Shown here: piece by piece, positions 39,194 to 49,354 of the stretch
Layout of the letters: every line of letters starts with the position of its first letter
Position numbering within the stretch: the stretch's first letter is position 1
Assembly (NCBI GenBank): GCA_963793305.1
Contig: CAWBZV010000005.1
Span: 1,312,001 to 1,376,000, forward strand
DNA from: an uncultured Gemmatimonadales bacterium
GTDB lineage: Bacteria > Gemmatimonadota > Gemmatimonadetes > Gemmatimonadales > Gemmatimonadaceae
Direction: 5' to 3'
Length of the DNA stretch: 64,000 bases
The notes under the pieces: generated by a model
Told to the model about the DNA's origin: nothing
What the model saw: the letters and a program-made list of their open reading frames with translations, nothing else
Databases searched by the model: none
Made by a program: the position numbers and the translations under genes

Positions 39194-39870
39194 CCTCCTC
39201 GCGAATGGTGATCGCGATCGACGGCCCGGCGGCGTCGGGAAAATCGTCGACGGCCCAGTGGGTGGCCGAGCAGATCGGATTCCGCCACGTCGACTCCGGC
39301 GCCTTGTATCGTGCCGCCACCGCCGCGGCGATCCGGGTCGAGCCGAACGCCGAGCAGTGGGACGAGGCGTTCGTGATGCGCCGTGTCTCCGAGATCACGC
39401 TCGCCCCGTCCCGCACGTCGTTCTCCCCGATGATCGCGGGCGCCGATGCCAGTGCCGAGATCCGTTCGCCGGCTGTGACACGCAGCGTGTCGCTCGTCGC
39501 GCAGATGCCCGCCGTTCGCGCGTGGGTCAATGCGCATCTCCACCAGCTCTCCCACGCCCACGACATCGTCGTCGATGGTCGCGACATGGGCACGGTGGTG
39601 TTCCCCAACGCCGCCCTCAAGATCTTTTTGATCGCCGACCCTTGGGAACGCGCCCGCCGCCGCCTCGTCGAGCGCCTGTCGCGCGCCCCGACGGACGCGG
39701 AGATCGCCGAGGAGACCGACCTGTTGGTCCAACGCGACGCGCGGGACGCGATGCAGACGGTTCAGGCCAAAGACGCCATCCTGGTCGACACGACCACGCT
39801 CACTCAGTCCGAGCAAGTTGCCCGCATCGTCGCTCTGGCCGAGGCGGCGGTTGGCCGGGCCCGTAAATAG
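39190..39870 (+). CDS. cmk: Cytidylate kinase
   Basis: IAIDGPAASGKSS, DSGALYR, DGRDMGTVVFP. Confidence 0.95.
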   Translation: MTSSRMVIAIDGPAASGKSSTAQWVAEQIGFRHVDSGALYRAATAAAIRVEPNAEQWDEAFVMRRVSEITLAPSRTSFSPMIAGADASAEIRSPAVTRSVSLVAQMPAVRAWVNAHLHQLSHAHDIVVDGRDMGTVVFPNAALKIFLIADPWERARRRLVERLSRAPTDAEIAEETDLLVQRDARDAMQTVQAKDAILVDTTTLTQSEQVARIVALAEAAVGRARK

Positions 39871-39891
39871 GCTTCCCACCGTCACTTTTCA

Positions 39892-39920
39892 TTGACGCGG
39901 GGGGCAGGTCCAGCTAGCTT
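39892..39920 (+). promoter_or_regulatory. Sigma70-type promoter of rpsA
   Basis: TTGACG-17 bp-TAGCTT. Confidence 0.6.
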
Positions 39921-39963
39921 TTTTGGTTCCCTCAGTCCGTCCACGGCCACCTTAACCTGTTAT

Positions 39964-41802
39964 ATGCCCGAGCTAGAGACTCCCGTTTCTTCCACCGCAG
40001 TAACACCCTCTTCCCCCGCGGAAAATGGCGGGCCGAGCTCTCCGCTGTCTCAGCGCGAAAAGCGCGACGCGCAGAAGGCCCAGCTGCGCCCGCTCGCCAA
40101 TCGCCGTCCAGAGCTCTACGACGAAGATGAATACTCGCCGGACTCGGACGAGTACGAGCGCATGTTCGAACTGTACCAGGGCACGATGGCCTCGATCGAA
40201 GAAGGCGAGATCGTCAAGGCCACGGTCCAGGGCATTCGCGACAACATGGTCGTTCTCGACATCGGCTTTAAGTCCGAAGGCACTGTCCCGTACGAAGAGT
40301 TCAAGGACATGCCGGAGCTCAAGGCCGGTGACATCGTCGAGGTCCTGCTCGAGCACCTGGAGGATCAGGAAGGCTCGGTCGTGCTCTCGAAGAAGAAGGC
40401 CGACTTCATGCGCGTGTGGGAGCGCATCCGGGTCGCGTACGAGACCGACCAGCCGGTCGAGGGCACGCTCGTCAAGAAGATCAAGGGCGGCGTGGTCGTC
40501 GATCTCATGGGCGTCGATGCGTTCCTGCCGGGCTCTCAGATCGCGCTCCGCCGCGTGCCGAATATCGACGAGCTGCTTGGACAGAAGTACGAGTTCAAGA
40601 TCATCAAGCTGAACAAGCGCCGCCGGAACATCGTCGTCTCGCGCCGGGTGATTCTCGAGGCCGAGCGCGCGGGCAAGCGCGAGAAGCTGATGAAGGAGCT
40701 CCAGAAGGACCAAGTCCGGAAGGGCGTGGTCAAGAACATCACCGACTTCGGCGCTTTTATAGACCTCGGCGGGGTGGATGGCCTTTTACACATCACGGAC
40801 ATGAGCTGGGGCCGTATTGCCCACCCGTCCGAGATGGTGCACATCGGCCAGGAGCTCGAAGTCAAAGTTCTGGACATCGACTGGGAGCGCGAACGGATCT
40901 CACTTGGTCTGAAGCAACTCCAGAGTTACCCGTGGAAGGACGTCGCGGCGAAATACCCTGTCGGCACTCGCGTGCACGGCAAGGTCGTCTCGATCACGAA
41001 CTACGGCGCCTTTATCGAGCTCGAACCGGGCATTGAAGGCCTCGTTCATATCAGCGAGATGAGCTGGACGCGCAACGTTCGCCACCCGTCGAAGCTCGTC
41101 TCGATTGGCGAAGCGATCGAAGCAGTGGTTCTCAAAGTCGACCCGAACGAAGAGAAGATCTCGCTCGGTATGAAACAGACCGAGCAAGATCCGTGGGTGG
41201 TTTTGCCGCTCAAGTATCCGGTCGGCACGCGTATCACGGGCAAAGTGCGTAACCTGACCAGCTTCGGCGCCTTCGTTGAGATCGAGCCGGGTATCAATGG
41301 GCTGATTCACATCTCCGACATGTCTTGGACGAAGCGCGTCCAGCACCCGTCAGAGGTCGTGAAGAAGGGCGACACGGTCAATGTCGTGATTCTCAATATC
41401 GACAGCGACAACAAGAGGATCAGCTTGGGCCTCAAGCAGGCCGAGGAAGATCCGTGGCTCCGCATTGGCGAGACGTACCCGGTCGGTACGGAGCTGAGAG
41501 GCAAAGTCGTGCGCCTGATGGACAAGGGCGTCGTCGTCGACATTGGCAACGACATCGAGGGTTTCGTCCCGGTCAGCCAGTTGAACAACGGCAAGCCGGT
41601 GTCGAGCCCCGCTGACATTGTCTACGAGACGATGAACCTCGACGTGCGGATCCTCGAGGTGGACCCGATTCACCGTCGGATCGTTCTGGCGGTGACGGGC
41701 ATTCCGGAAGAGCAGCCGCCGCGTCCGGAGACGCCGTCGAAGGTCATCCCCATGGAATCCGAGAACGACATCGGCCCGCTCACGGGCCCGCTCGAGGAAT
41801 AG
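39964..41802 (+). CDS. rpsA: 30S ribosomal protein S1
   Basis: Six S1 repeats (DIGFKSEG, FLPGSQ, DGLLHITDMSW, EGLVHISEMSW). Confidence 0.97.
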   Translation: MPELETPVSSTAVTPSSPAENGGPSSPLSQREKRDAQKAQLRPLANRRPELYDEDEYSPDSDEYERMFELYQGTMASIEEGEIVKATVQGIRDNMVVLDIGFKSEGTVPYEEFKDMPELKAGDIVEVLLEHLEDQEGSVVLSKKKADFMRVWERIRVAYETDQPVEGTLVKKIKGGVVVDLMGVDAFLPGSQIALRRVPNIDELLGQKYEFKIIKLNKRRRNIVVSRRVILEAERAGKREKLMKELQKDQVRKGVVKNITDFGAFIDLGGVDGLLHITDMSWGRIAHPSEMVHIGQELEVKVLDIDWERERISLGLKQLQSYPWKDVAAKYPVGTRVHGKVVSITNYGAFIELEPGIEGLVHISEMSWTRNVRHPSKLVSIGEAIEAVVLKVDPNEEKISLGMKQTEQDPWVVLPLKYPVGTRITGKVRNLTSFGAFVEIEPGINGLIHISDMSWTKRVQHPSEVVKKGDTVNVVILNIDSDNKRISLGLKQAEEDPWLRIGETYPVGTELRGKVVRLMDKGVVVDIGNDIEGFVPVSQLNNGKPVSSPADIVYETMNLDVRILEVDPIHRRIVLAVTGIPEEQPPRPETPSKVIPMESENDIGPLTGPLEE

Positions 41803-41807
41803 AACGT

Positions 41808-41890
41808 GGCTTCGCCACTAGTCAATGCAGCCGCGGCCGCTTTGCGCCGCGGCTGCTCGACTAATCGGTTGGAACGGCTCGGCTTCGCCA
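41808..41890. repeat. GC-rich hairpin flanked by GGCTTCGCCA repeats (REP-like or terminator-like)
   Basis: 11-bp stem GCAGCCGCGGC 41827-41837 / 41846-41856; GGCTTCGCCA at 41808 and 41881. Confidence 0.6.
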
Positions 41891-41898
41891 AGCCTTAA

Positions 41899-43437
41899 GT
41901 GTCCATGCAGGATAAGCTCCGACTCCTCCAGGAACGTCGGGCGGAGTCGGAGCTCGGCGGTGGTGCCGCGCGCCTACAAGCACAGCACGACAAAGGCAAG
42001 CTGACGGCGCGTGAGCGCATCGACGCGCTCCTCGACCAGGGGAGCTTCGTCGAGCTCGATCGCTTTGTCGTCCACCGCTCCTACGATTTCGGCCTCGACG
42101 AGCAGCACATCTATGGCGACGGTGTCGTCACCGGCCATGGCCGGATCGACGGGCGTATCGTCTACGTGTTCTCCCAAGACTTCACGGTCTTGGGCGGCTC
42201 GCTGTCCGAGGCCTTCGCCGAGAAGATCTGCAAGGTCATGGACCTGGCGATGCGCAACGGGTCTCCCGTCATCGGCCTCAACGACTCGGGGGGCGCCCGC
42301 ATCCAAGAAGGCGTGGTCTCCCTGGGTGGCTACGCCGACATTTTCCTGCGCAACACGCTCGCGTCGGGCGTCATCCCTCAGATCTCGGCTGTCCTGGGTC
42401 CGTGCGCCGGGGGAGCCGTGTATTCGCCGGCGATCACCGATTTCACGTTCATGGTGCGCGGCACCTCGTACATGTTCGTGACGGGTCCGAACGTCGTCAA
42501 AACCGTCACGCACGAAGACGTCACGATGGAAGCGCTGGGCGGCGCCGACACCCACGGCGGCACGTCAGGCGTGTCCCACTTCACGTATGAGAACGAAGTG
42601 GCGTGCCTGGCCGGGGTCCGCAAGCTGATCTCGTTTCTCCCGCTCAACAACGTCGATGACCCTCCGCGCGGGAAGGGCACCGACCCCCGGGATCGCCGCG
42701 AAGTGAAATTGTTGACCGTCGTCCCGGACCACGACGCCAAGCCGTATGACATGCATGATGTCCTACGGCTGATCGTAGACGATGGTGAATTTTTCGAAGT
42801 TCAGGCGGACTATGGCGGAAATATCCTGGTCGGCTTCGCGCACCTGGGTGGATTCTCCATCGGGATCGTGGCGAACCAGCCAGCCGTCCTGGCGGGTGTG
42901 CTGGATATCAACGCGTCGTTGAAAGCCGCACGATTTGTGAGGTTCTGCGACGCCTTCAACATCCCGATCGTGACGTTCGTCGACGTCCCCGGCTTCCTGC
43001 CCGGTGTCGCTCAGGAGCACAACGGGATCATCAAGCACGGCGCGAAGCTCCTCTACGCGTACTGCGAAGCCACCGTGCCCAAGCTCACGGTGATCACGCG
43101 GAAGGCCTACGGCGGAGCGTACGACGTCATGTCGTCGAAGCACATCCGTGGGGACTTCAACGTCGCCTGGCCGACGGCCGAGATCGCGGTGATGGGCCCG
43201 AAAGGCGCGGTAGAAATCCTGTTCCGTCGCGAGATCGCCAACGGCTCCTCGGCCGACGAGAAGATCCGCGAATACCGCGAGAAATTCGCGCACCCATACG
43301 TGGCCGCCGGCCGCGGCTACGTCGACGACATTATCGACCCGCGCGAGACGCGCCCTCGTTTGATCGAGGCCTTAGACACGCTTCAGACGAAGCGTGATAA
43401 GAACCCGCCTAAGAAGCACGGTAACATACCGTTATAG
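41899..43437 (+). CDS. pccB: Acyl-CoA (propionyl-CoA) carboxylase carboxyltransferase subunit
   Basis: [36 protein letters not shown]. Confidence 0.9.
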   Translation: MSMQDKLRLLQERRAESELGGGAARLQAQHDKGKLTARERIDALLDQGSFVELDRFVVHRSYDFGLDEQHIYGDGVVTGHGRIDGRIVYVFSQDFTVLGGSLSEAFAEKICKVMDLAMRNGSPVIGLNDSGGARIQEGVVSLGGYADIFLRNTLASGVIPQISAVLGPCAGGAVYSPAITDFTFMVRGTSYMFVTGPNVVKTVTHEDVTMEALGGADTHGGTSGVSHFTYENEVACLAGVRKLISFLPLNNVDDPPRGKGTDPRDRREVKLLTVVPDHDAKPYDMHDVLRLIVDDGEFFEVQADYGGNILVGFAHLGGFSIGIVANQPAVLAGVLDINASLKAARFVRFCDAFNIPIVTFVDVPGFLPGVAQEHNGIIKHGAKLLYAYCEATVPKLTVITRKAYGGAYDVMSSKHIRGDFNVAWPTAEIAVMGPKGAVEILFRREIANGSSADEKIREYREKFAHPYVAAGRGYVDDIIDPRETRPRLIEALDTLQTKRDKNPPKKHGNIPL

Positions 43438-43441
43438 CGCG

Positions 43442-44968
43442 ATGTTCAAGAAGATTCTCATCGCCAATCGCGGCGAAATCGCCCTCCGTGTGATTCGCGC
43501 TTGCCGCGAGATGGGAATCCGCTCCGTCGCCATCTTTAGCGATGCCGACCGCGGCGCTCTGCACGCGCGCGAAGCCGACGAAGCGGTCCCACTCGGCGCC
43601 GGCCCGTCGCGCGAGACTTATCTCGTCATCGACAAGATTCTCGCCGCCGCTCGGCTCACTGGCGCCGAGGCGGTTCATCCCGGCTACGGATTTCTGTCCG
43701 AGCGTGCGGAGTTCTCGCGGGCGGTACGTGACGCCGGGTTGGTGTTCATCGGGCCGCCACCGGAGGCCATTGAGGCGATGGGTTCGAAGACGGCCGCCCG
43801 CCGCTTGGCCCAATCTGCCGGTGTTCCCGTCGTCCCCGGCACGACCTCGCCATTGCGCGACGCCACCGAGGCCGCCGCAGTGGCCGCCCAATTTGGCTAC
43901 CCGGTCTTATTGAAAGCCGCAGCTGGTGGCGGTGGCAAAGGCATGCGAGTCGTGTCGTCGCCGTCAGAAATCGCTCACAGCTTGGACGCCGCGAGACGCG
44001 AGGCGTTGAACGCCTTCGGCGACGATGCCGTCTATGTCGAGAAGTACATCACGGGCCCACGCCACGTCGAAATCCAGGTCCTGGCCGACTCGCACGGCAC
44101 CGTGATCCCTATCGGTGAACGCGAATGCTCCGTGCAACGCCGCCACCAAAAGGTGATCGAGGAGTCCCCGAGCATCGCCGTCACGGATGATCTCCGACGT
44201 CTGATGGGCGAGACAGCGGCCCGCGCCGCCAAGGCGGCGGGCTACGTGAACGCGGGCACCTGCGAGTTCCTCCTCGACAGCGACGGCAAGTTCTATTTCC
44301 TGGAGATGAACACGCGCATTCAGGTCGAGCACCCGGTGACGGAGCTCGTCTACGGCCTGGACCTGGTGCAGTGGCAAATTCGCATCGCGCAGGGCGAGCG
44401 CATTCCCGAGTCGCTGACTCACGGTCTCGCCCCGAGGGGTTGGGCGATCGAGTGCCGGATCACGGCCGAAGACCCGATGGAAGGGTTCTTGCCTTCGACC
44501 GGCAGAATAACGGCGCTGCACGTGCCAACCGGCCCTGGCGTACGCTGGGACGGCGGGATCGAGATCGGCAGCGAGGTGGGTCTCCTGTACGACCCACTGC
44601 TGGCGAAACTGATCGTCTGGGCCCCCACGCGTTTGGCGGCGATCGACCGCATGCGTCGCGCGCTCGACGAGCTGACGATCGAGGGCGTCGAGACCGCCCG
44701 CGACTTCCACATGCGCGTGATGGACGACGCCGAGTTTCGCGCTGGGGCGATCGACATCCACTGGTTGGAGCGACGCCTGCCGTCCCTTACGACCGCGGCG
44801 AAACCCCCTCAGGATCTGACCGATCTCGCCGCCGTCGCCGGCGCGCTCCTGGCGCACGGCCGTCATGCTCCGCGGCGCTCGTCGAATGGAGTCGCGGTCA
44901 TCCAGCAGCCAACACAACGCGTCCCGTCCCAGTGGCTCGCCTTGGCGCGCCGCGAAGCGCTGAAGTGA
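43442..44968 (+). CDS. accC: Biotin carboxylase
   Basis: ANRGEIA, HPGYGFLSE, GGGGKGMR, EMNTRIQVEHPVTE. Confidence 0.92.
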   Translation: MFKKILIANRGEIALRVIRACREMGIRSVAIFSDADRGALHAREADEAVPLGAGPSRETYLVIDKILAAARLTGAEAVHPGYGFLSERAEFSRAVRDAGLVFIGPPPEAIEAMGSKTAARRLAQSAGVPVVPGTTSPLRDATEAAAVAAQFGYPVLLKAAAGGGGKGMRVVSSPSEIAHSLDAARREALNAFGDDAVYVEKYITGPRHVEIQVLADSHGTVIPIGERECSVQRRHQKVIEESPSIAVTDDLRRLMGETAARAAKAAGYVNAGTCEFLLDSDGKFYFLEMNTRIQVEHPVTELVYGLDLVQWQIRIAQGERIPESLTHGLAPRGWAIECRITAEDPMEGFLPSTGRITALHVPTGPGVRWDGGIEIGSEVGLLYDPLLAKLIVWAPTRLAAIDRMRRALDELTIEGVETARDFHMRVMDDAEFRAGAIDIHWLERRLPSLTTAAKPPQDLTDLAAVAGALLAHGRHAPRRSSNGVAVIQQPTQRVPSQWLALARREALK

Positions 44969-46170
44969 TGCCGGAAGCCGAGATCGACATCGACTCGATC
45001 GCCGCTGGGGGCGATGGGGTCGGTCGCATGGATGGCCTCGTCGCGTTCGTCCCGCGCACGGCCCCGGGCGACCGCGCCCGCATTCGCTACGCCTCCGGCC
45101 GCCGCTTCGCGAGAGGCGAAGTCCTACGGCTCCTGCGCGAATCGCCCACGCGGACGGCACCCTCGTGCCCGCACTACCTCGCCGACCGCTGTGGCGGCTG
45201 CCAGATCCAGCATTTGTCCTACGCGTCGCAGCTCGGCGCCAAGTCACATATCATCCGGGACGCCTTCGCCCGTATCGGCCACCGGGATATTGCATTACCC
45301 GAAGTGCTCCCGAGTCCCGCCGAGTGGCGCTATCGCTCGAAGCTGACGCTCGCCATGCGGCGCCGCGGCGGCAGTTGGATCGCGGGACTGCATCCGTACG
45401 ACGATCCGTCGGCGGTCTTTCCGCTGACCGACTGCCCGATCACCGCCGAGTCGGTCATGGCGGTGTGGCGCAGAATAATGGCCTTCTCATCGCTCTTGCC
45501 TCGCGCCGACGAGCTCCGGGGATCGGTCCGTGACGATGCCTTCACGTTGGAAGGTGGTTCCAAATGGGACCATGCGGCCGAGTTCTTCGCCTCGGTCCCC
45601 GAGCTATCAGAGGTCTGGTGGGCGCCAGACGACGCTCCTTTGCGTCTGCTGCATGCGCGCACGCCCGACGCGCTCGGTCCGTCGTTCGCCCAGGTCAACG
45701 CTGGGTTGGCGTCGACACTGCACGCCTACGTAGTCGACCGCGCTTGGGTATATGAGCCGTCTCGTGTGATCGACGCCTACTCCGGTCGCGGTGCGACGGC
45801 TCTTGCGCTCGCCACGCGCGGCGCCCAGGTGACGGCGATCGAATCCGACCGAGCGGCCGCTGATTGGGTGTCGGACCGACTCCCAGCGGGGTCACGCTCG
45901 ATCGCCGGCCGAGTCGAAGACACGCTCTCGGATGCGTTGCCGGCTGATCTGGTGATCCTCAACCCGCCTCGCGCTGGCGTTGATGCGACGGTCACCGAGA
46001 TCTTGGCCCAGCCCGAAGGGCCGAGGACGATCGTCTACGTGAGCTGCGACCCAGCGACGTTAGCCCGCGATGTCTCCCGACTCGCCGCCTATCAGGTTGC
46101 GGCAGTACGAGCCTTCGACATGTTCCCTCAGACGGCCCACGTCGAAACCGTGTGCGAGCTCACCAGATGA
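44968..46170 (+). CDS. TRAM-domain RNA m5U methyltransferase (RlmD/TrmA family)
   Basis: CPHY..CGGC Fe-S motif, FAQVN, NPPRAG, YVSCDPATLARD, DMFPQTAHVE. Confidence 0.9.
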   Translation: MPEAEIDIDSIAAGGDGVGRMDGLVAFVPRTAPGDRARIRYASGRRFARGEVLRLLRESPTRTAPSCPHYLADRCGGCQIQHLSYASQLGAKSHIIRDAFARIGHRDIALPEVLPSPAEWRYRSKLTLAMRRRGGSWIAGLHPYDDPSAVFPLTDCPITAESVMAVWRRIMAFSSLLPRADELRGSVRDDAFTLEGGSKWDHAAEFFASVPELSEVWWAPDDAPLRLLHARTPDALGPSFAQVNAGLASTLHAYVVDRAWVYEPSRVIDAYSGRGATALALATRGAQVTAIESDRAAADWVSDRLPAGSRSIAGRVEDTLSDALPADLVILNPPRAGVDATVTEILAQPEGPRTIVYVSCDPATLARDVSRLAAYQVAAVRAFDMFPQTAHVETVCELTR

Positions 46171-46664
46171 AGTACAGCGTCGATGTCAACGGCACGCGCC
46201 ACTCCATCGAGGTCACCCCCGACGGCGTCGCCCACAACGCCACCGGCACCCCAATCACCCTCGAGCCAATCCCAGGCTCCCCTCTCTGGCTCCTCCGCGT
46301 CGGCGACGCCGTCCACCGCGTCACCGTCCGCCCCGGCACTGGCCCAGGCGTCTACACACTCTCGTTGGACGGCTACCGTTTTTCGATCGACGCCGTCGAC
46401 GAGCGCGGCCGCTCGATCCGCGAGATGGCCCGCGCCGCCACTCCCTCCGGCCCCTCGCCTCTCAAGGCCCCGATGCCGGGCCTCATCGTGCGCGTCTTGG
46501 TTGCACCCGGCGACACCGTCACCGAGGGCCAAGGTCTTGTGGTGATGGAGGCGATGAAGATGGAAAACGAGCTGCGGAGCCCGAGCGCCGGGACGGTTCG
46601 CTCTGTTGCAGCCACGCCGGGAACGGCGGTGGAGAAAGGCGCGGTCCTAGTCGAGTTGTCCTGA
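46167..46664 (+). CDS. Biotin carboxyl carrier subunit
   Basis: APMPG and EAMKM biotinylation motif. Confidence 0.92.
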   Translation: MKYSVDVNGTRHSIEVTPDGVAHNATGTPITLEPIPGSPLWLLRVGDAVHRVTVRPGTGPGVYTLSLDGYRFSIDAVDERGRSIREMARAATPSGPSPLKAPMPGLIVRVLVAPGDTVTEGQGLVVMEAMKMENELRSPSAGTVRSVAATPGTAVEKGAVLVELS

Positions 46665-46681
46665 TCCGCTCAGCTTTTGCT

Positions 46682-47038
46682 CTACTGAGCCGACGCGTTT
46701 AGGATTTTCTGCGCGTAACGGACTCGTCCGACGATCGAATCTTGCTCCAATCCTACGCGTACGCGACGCCGCTCATCTTCACGAAGACTCAACATCGCAA
46801 TTTTCACGTATCGCTCCGTCAGTTTTTCGTACGTCGCTGACCGATCGGCTTTGGTAGCGGCCCTTGACAGTGTTTCGCGAAGAGACTCGAGCGTAGTTGC
46901 GTCGAGCTCGTGTCGAATAGCGTCAACGAGTGCGCGCTCGGCTCGCAATTGCCGCCTGATGGCCACTACCTGCGCAACCGTCGCAGCTATCCCCACTGCC
47001 ACGACTGCCAACATTTCGGATACGAACGCAATATCCAT
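46682..47038 (-). CDS. Hypothetical protein with an N-terminal TM helix
   Basis: 118-aa ORF, AT-richer than its flanks. Confidence 0.6.
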   Translation of the reverse strand: MDIAFVSEMLAVVAVGIAATVAQVVAIRRQLRAERALVDAIRHELDATTLESLRETLSRAATKADRSATYEKLTERYVKIAMLSLREDERRRVRVGLEQDSIVGRVRYAQKILNASAQ

Positions 47039-47043
47039 AGCGC

Positions 47044-47451
47044 TCAGGACTCCATAAACGGGATGAAAGAGACCACGTGGCGATTATAGCGTTCCACGAG
47101 ATGCGGCACGATGACCACCACGAGGGCAATGACAATGAGCATCTTTTCGGAAACCGGCATCGCGGCATTCGGCTCGGCATGCCGACCGCAAGCCGCTGTA
47201 AGGAGCATCGCTATCACGATCGAGCTGGCGAGAATAAGCTTGCTCCTGGATGACGTGCCGATAGCCAAAATGTAGATGGCTGCCGTGAGTAGAAACTCTT
47301 GCTCGGTTATCCGCTGATCCATGAACCACAGGGCAACTAGCGGTAACAATGGAAGCAGGAAATGAAACAGGATGCATACGAGGAACTGTTGCCAATAGTC
47401 CGGCAATCCACGGACTGGGCGGGGTGCTTTGGTACCGGACTCTCCCATCAT
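47044..47451 (-). CDS. Hypothetical 4-TM membrane protein
   Basis: Four hydrophobic segments, C-terminal HLVERYNRHV; AT-richer. Confidence 0.65.
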   Translation of the reverse strand: MMGESGTKAPRPVRGLPDYWQQFLVCILFHFLLPLLPLVALWFMDQRITEQEFLLTAAIYILAIGTSSRSKLILASSIVIAMLLTAACGRHAEPNAAMPVSEKMLIVIALVVVIVPHLVERYNRHVVSFIPFMES

Positions 47452-47679
47452 GTTCTCGGCCACCGTTTGCGTGCTCTCTTCTGTAGGTCGTTGCGATTCG
47501 CACTCCGGCGCGTATACGAGGTCGTATATGGTGAGTGTAAGACTATTGTCTGTTGTGATGCCGGTGCAAATTCGCCGTCGTCTATTGCCCCGTGCAGCGG
47601 ACGCGGACAACTCGGAGTATGCGCGTCTGCGTCAGCCGAGCGTCAGCGCGGTCTTTCTACCTGACAGCCGCCAATTCGC

Positions 47680-48258
47680 TCAGGTCTCGTAGCGGCGGGG
47701 CGCCTGCGGGGCTGCCGGTTGGGGCGCGCCTGTAGCTGAACTGAGCAACGCACTTGCCTCGGCAGAGCGATTCACGAGCTTTTTCTGATTCGCCAGCATG
47801 AACTCGAGCGCGTATTCATTCGACGCGAGCTCGAAAGCGAATACCGTTCCGTGCCATGCCAGAAGTGCGGCTGCCGATCCGGGAGAGGCGCACGTGGGTG
47901 CACACATCGCCTGCGCCCGCTCGCGAGTCTTGTGCGCGACCATCCGAGAGACAACGAACCCAGCAACGATGAGAATGAATCCCACCACAGCCCTCGTGGA
48001 CGCGCCGGCAATGCAGGCGACGATCACGCAGGGGACCAAAGCCACGAGCGCGAGGCCATTGGCAGAGTTGAAGACCTCCGCGTGTGCGACGCACTGCTGA
48101 CAGCATGGGACATCGAACGCACGAGTCTTGGTGTGCGTGACGCGCTTACCGGTCGTTCTGCTGAACGAGACCGATAGTGCCGTCCCGCCGGGTGGCCCCG
48201 CACAGCACGCACACAAGTCCGGAAACACGAATTGCTGGCCAGAGAGCTCGACTCGCAT
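47680..48258 (-). CDS. Hypothetical Cys-rich membrane protein
   Basis: CACC, CCQQC, two TM helices, CAPTC. Confidence 0.65.
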   Translation of the reverse strand: MRVELSGQQFVFPDLCACCAGPPGGTALSVSFSRTTGKRVTHTKTRAFDVPCCQQCVAHAEVFNSANGLALVALVPCVIVACIAGASTRAVVGFILIVAGFVVSRMVAHKTRERAQAMCAPTCASPGSAAALLAWHGTVFAFELASNEYALEFMLANQKKLVNRSAEASALLSSATGAPQPAAPQAPRRYET

Positions 48259-48282
48259 GAGCGTTCCCCCGGCCAGCGCCGG

Positions 48283-48696
48283 TCACAGCCCGCAGTGCAG
48301 TTGCACTGCCTGCGTCTGAATAACCTTGGCGGTCATCAGCGAAAAGGCGTTCGACACGACGAGCATGTACTTGCCACTGCCCGTCATCTTCACTTGGAGC
48401 GGAATGACCGTCTCGCGGCCAGTGGAAAAGAAGACCTGAGCTTGATGATCGTTCTGCCAATTGGTGAACTGATCATTCGTCATAACCAGGACCGCGACGT
48501 CCTTCTCGCCACCCGCGAGCACCGTGATTTTGCCGGTGAGCAGACATCCGGCCTTGCTGTTCGGCACGTCGAAGGTCCACGAGTAGTAGGTGTGGGCCTT
48601 GATCTCCTGGGTGCCATCGGCGATGTGGACGGTCACTGGGCCTGGACCGATGCCGGCCATCGTCATGAGAACCGCAATTGAACGCAGGGAAATCAT
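48283..48696 (-). CDS. Hypothetical secreted beta-rich protein
   Basis: Signal-like N-terminus; GxYxLVVSN motif. Confidence 0.6.
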   Translation of the reverse strand: MISLRSIAVLMTMAGIGPGPVTVHIADGTQEIKAHTYYSWTFDVPNSKAGCLLTGKITVLAGGEKDVAVLVMTNDQFTNWQNDHQAQVFFSTGRETVIPLQVKMTGSGKYMLVVSNAFSLMTAKVIQTQAVQLHCGL

Positions 48697-48759
48697 AACG
48701 CTCTCCGCTGTGGTTGAATCCATTTGTTCCACAGCAAAGACGAGCGAGCGCGGACCGCG

Positions 48760-49248
48760 TCAACATCTGTGTACTGTCTTCTCCATCCACACGTCCCACG
48801 TCACAGGCCCGGCCTCGTCGTCACTCACCGGATGACCCGCGATCTTGAGCGCGAGCTTGATCTGCCCGTGATGATAGCCCTCGTGCCAGATCATGTGCTG
48901 CAGGAAAAGAACCGGATGGTCGTAATGCAGTTTCATTTCGCGGGCGGTCTCCAGCCTGTCCTTGACCGCACCCCGGACCACCCACGCACTCTCGTTCAGC
49001 ATCTGCGCCATGCGCTCACGATCGCGCTCGGCGCTCCACTCTTCTTTGGGCACCGCGACGGCGAAATCCGGCGCATCTTCCTCGACAAACACCAGTCGCA
49101 CGTAGTGCACATGGGCGAACATCTCGGCGACGGACGGACTCTCGGGCGTCGCGCGGGCGTCTAAGCCACCATCGGGAATGATCCGGAGCAGGTTGACCAG
49201 GATCGCATTGTTGCGATCCCACGAGTCGAGGAGGTCGTCGAGCAGCAT
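48760..49248 (-). CDS. DinB family protein
   Basis: SVAEMFAH and HEGYHHGQ metal-binding His motifs. Confidence 0.88.
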   Translation of the reverse strand: MLLDDLLDSWDRNNAILVNLLRIIPDGGLDARATPESPSVAEMFAHVHYVRLVFVEEDAPDFAVAVPKEEWSAERDRERMAQMLNESAWVVRGAVKDRLETAREMKLHYDHPVLFLQHMIWHEGYHHGQIKLALKIAGHPVSDDEAGPVTWDVWMEKTVHRC

Positions 49249-49354
49249 CCCGAAACCTGCATTTCACGTGGCCCACACGACAATCCGTTGAACAAACCCG
49301 ACAGGTCGTTGGATTTTGGTCGTCGGTCCCGGGCGCAAACGCTACCCTGGTCGA

